This document shows positions 61,967-64,000 of a DNA stretch of 64,000 nucleotides, piece after piece. The translations under genes were made by a program, and so were the position numbers. Location: positions 19,293,292 to 19,357,291 of the forward strand of contig OZ316898.1 in the NCBI GenBank assembly GCA_973895155.1, in the 5' to 3' direction. Under the pieces are notes generated by a model. That model was not told the DNA's origin, searched no databases, and worked only from the letters and a program-made list of their open reading frames with translations. The DNA comes from Marsupella aquatica. Its lineage: Eukaryota; Plantae; Marchantiophyta. Position 1 is the first letter of the stretch. Each line of letters opens with the position of its first letter.

Positions 61967-64000
61967 TTTTGGTGGTAGTCATACAAATTTGCATCGCATA
62001 GAAGGAATAAAGGTTATATTAAATTTAATGTGCACTTTTGACAGTGGTAGTCATTCAAATTTGATTCACTTCTACGAGTAACGTGTTCAGTATTTAAGAC
62101 TGTTCTGTAACTCCTTTGGATTGTAGTGATTATTGACCGGAAACTGGAACAGCCAGTTCCCATCTAGAATCAAAAAGAGTTTGTGTGTTACTAGAAAAGT
62201 CTGAACCCCACTTTTGGGGGATTATGTGTGTAAGCTCTTTTTGAATCAAACTCAACTTATGACTGTAAGAGACGTCTGAACCCCACTTTTGGGGCGGGTG
62301 AATGTTAAAAAGCTCACAGTAAGATTCGAACCCAACACCTGAGAGTTCCCGCTCTTCTGAGTTAACCGGTAGCCCATGGACTGCCGATGCACAGAAGCGC
62401 ATTCTTTACGTATTTGTTTTGAGTCTGCAGGCAACTACCGGCTACCGGCAGCTACCGGCTAACGGAGGAGGCGCAACGCGACACCGTTTAATGCGAAACT
62501 TGTGATTTATAGAAGGAAATCAAATTTGCAATGTCCAAAAAACTTTAATCCTATCAGAGAGAAGGAATAAAGGTTAAATTAAATTTAGTGTGCACCAAAT
62601 AGTGAATTAAGTGTTTTCCCAACAGGAACAAGAGTGTAATCAAATGAGACACGTAAGAGGAGAGAACCAATGCACCCTCAGGAGTATTAAAGAGGTTTCT
62701 GATCCATACACAAAAATACAAGAGTACATAATGAATATGATGCTCTGCAGATAATACAATATTGCATGATGTAATAATATAGTAATTTAATTGAAGTAGA
62801 TTAATTAAACACAGTAGGTTAGATGATAGGGAGAATATGGTATTCTAATTAAATGAATTTAAATTCATCCTCTGCGGGCATGGATAACAAGGAGGGGTGA
62901 GGCATCTTTGATGTTCAGTCCCCCTATTGGTGTGTCGGTCCTCCCCTTGCACCTCAGTATTTGCCCTCAACACAAGCTCTACCCTAGTAGCTAGCATAAC
63001 AATATATTATCAAAAACTATAACACAATCTTGCACCAATTTATGGTGTGGTTGTCATTAAAAATTGTTGGGCTGTTTTCGGTGAAAGAAACCAAAACGCA
63101 AAAAAAAACCTAGCCTTAGCAACAAAACAAAACAAAACATGCCATCCCCTGGATGCAGGCCGCAGTGACCAAGCCCTGACTGCCTCCGCCCTGACTGCCT
63201 CTGACATCCGCCTCCATCCCTCCGCCTCCATCTGCCTTGACAACCCCGACTCCCCTCGATCCTCTCGTCCTTCCGACTCTGTCCCATCGCGACTCCCCTT
63301 GCAACTCTCCTCCTGACTCCCTCCTCCCTAGAGCGCTACCTCGAGGTGAGGCAAGGCAAACTTATCATGTAGTGCAACACCCCTTATAGTGCACACCGGA
63401 TGCTTCTTTCCGGGTGCGACTGTGCACTTAGAAAGAGATTATTGTACTTGATTGGACAGCATTAGTCTGGACGAGCTTTCCTGGAATCTATTTATTGTTG
63501 CCCATTGCACACACAAGGCCCTCACATGAGATTGCATGTCTTCACATTTCCAAAAGCTACCTACAATGCATTGATCCAGATAATTGCTGAGTTTTCTTAG
63601 AATTGGTGTCTCTGCAAGCTTAACCCAGCAATAGTTGCCTTTGTTGTGGCAAGGTTAGGGGTAATTGTAGTGCGCAGGCAAAGTAAGAGTAAAATATTTA
63701 CTCTTAAGACTAAGAAAACTCCACTCCACTAGCAAAGTTAGTCCCTAGCTAGCCAAAGTAACCCTGGCAGGCTTATAAAATCCATTTTGGGGGCTTGTCT
63801 AGCGAATTAGATAGCCATGTGGAATCTTAGAAATGCACTCAAAATATATGAGTTCCGTGGGAAACTTGTGGAGGGAGGCGAGGATAATAAGTTACTGGGG
63901 TCGGGTGGTTTGAGGAGGGAGACAAAACCCTTATGTCCTGTTTTTGATCTTGGCTTTTGAGCTCCTGGCTCACATCTTGATCTTGGCTTTTGAGCTCTTG

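Overview
Eukaryotic plant nuclear DNA, most likely a bryophyte such as a liverwort (inferred from signal-peptide polyphenol oxidases, spliceosomal introns and a plant-type H2B). Host genes are: a tandem polyphenol oxidase (PPO) array (end of one copy at 1-44, an intact gene at 31740-33440, two decayed fragments), a malectin-like receptor pseudogene, an H2B with an AT-hook-like tail, and a PLAC8/PCR-family gene. Most of the window is nested transposons. The main finding is an apparently intact 8.1-kb TIR element at 5433-13555, with AACAAGAAGCCTTAA termini and a 4-bp AATG target duplication. It carries two divergent spliced genes. One is a ~1100-aa Sola-like (DUF7869-type) DDD transposase. The other is a ~955-aa protein fusing a ParB-like domain to a prokaryotic/phage-type beta-class amino-DNA methyltransferase (DIPY ... 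DICSGSGT). The spacer between the two genes is packed with TCATGA palindromes, and the element sits inside a decayed older relative. Also present are a 13.4-kb MULE (14339-27774, 9-bp TSD) carrying an RNase-H1 hybrid-binding-domain ORF, and a 12.8-kb TIR element (44163-56942). The latter encloses a decayed Helitron2/Helentron-type Rep-helicase, a second spliced gene and a gag-protease remnant. All domain calls are from motif recognition by eye, not database searches.
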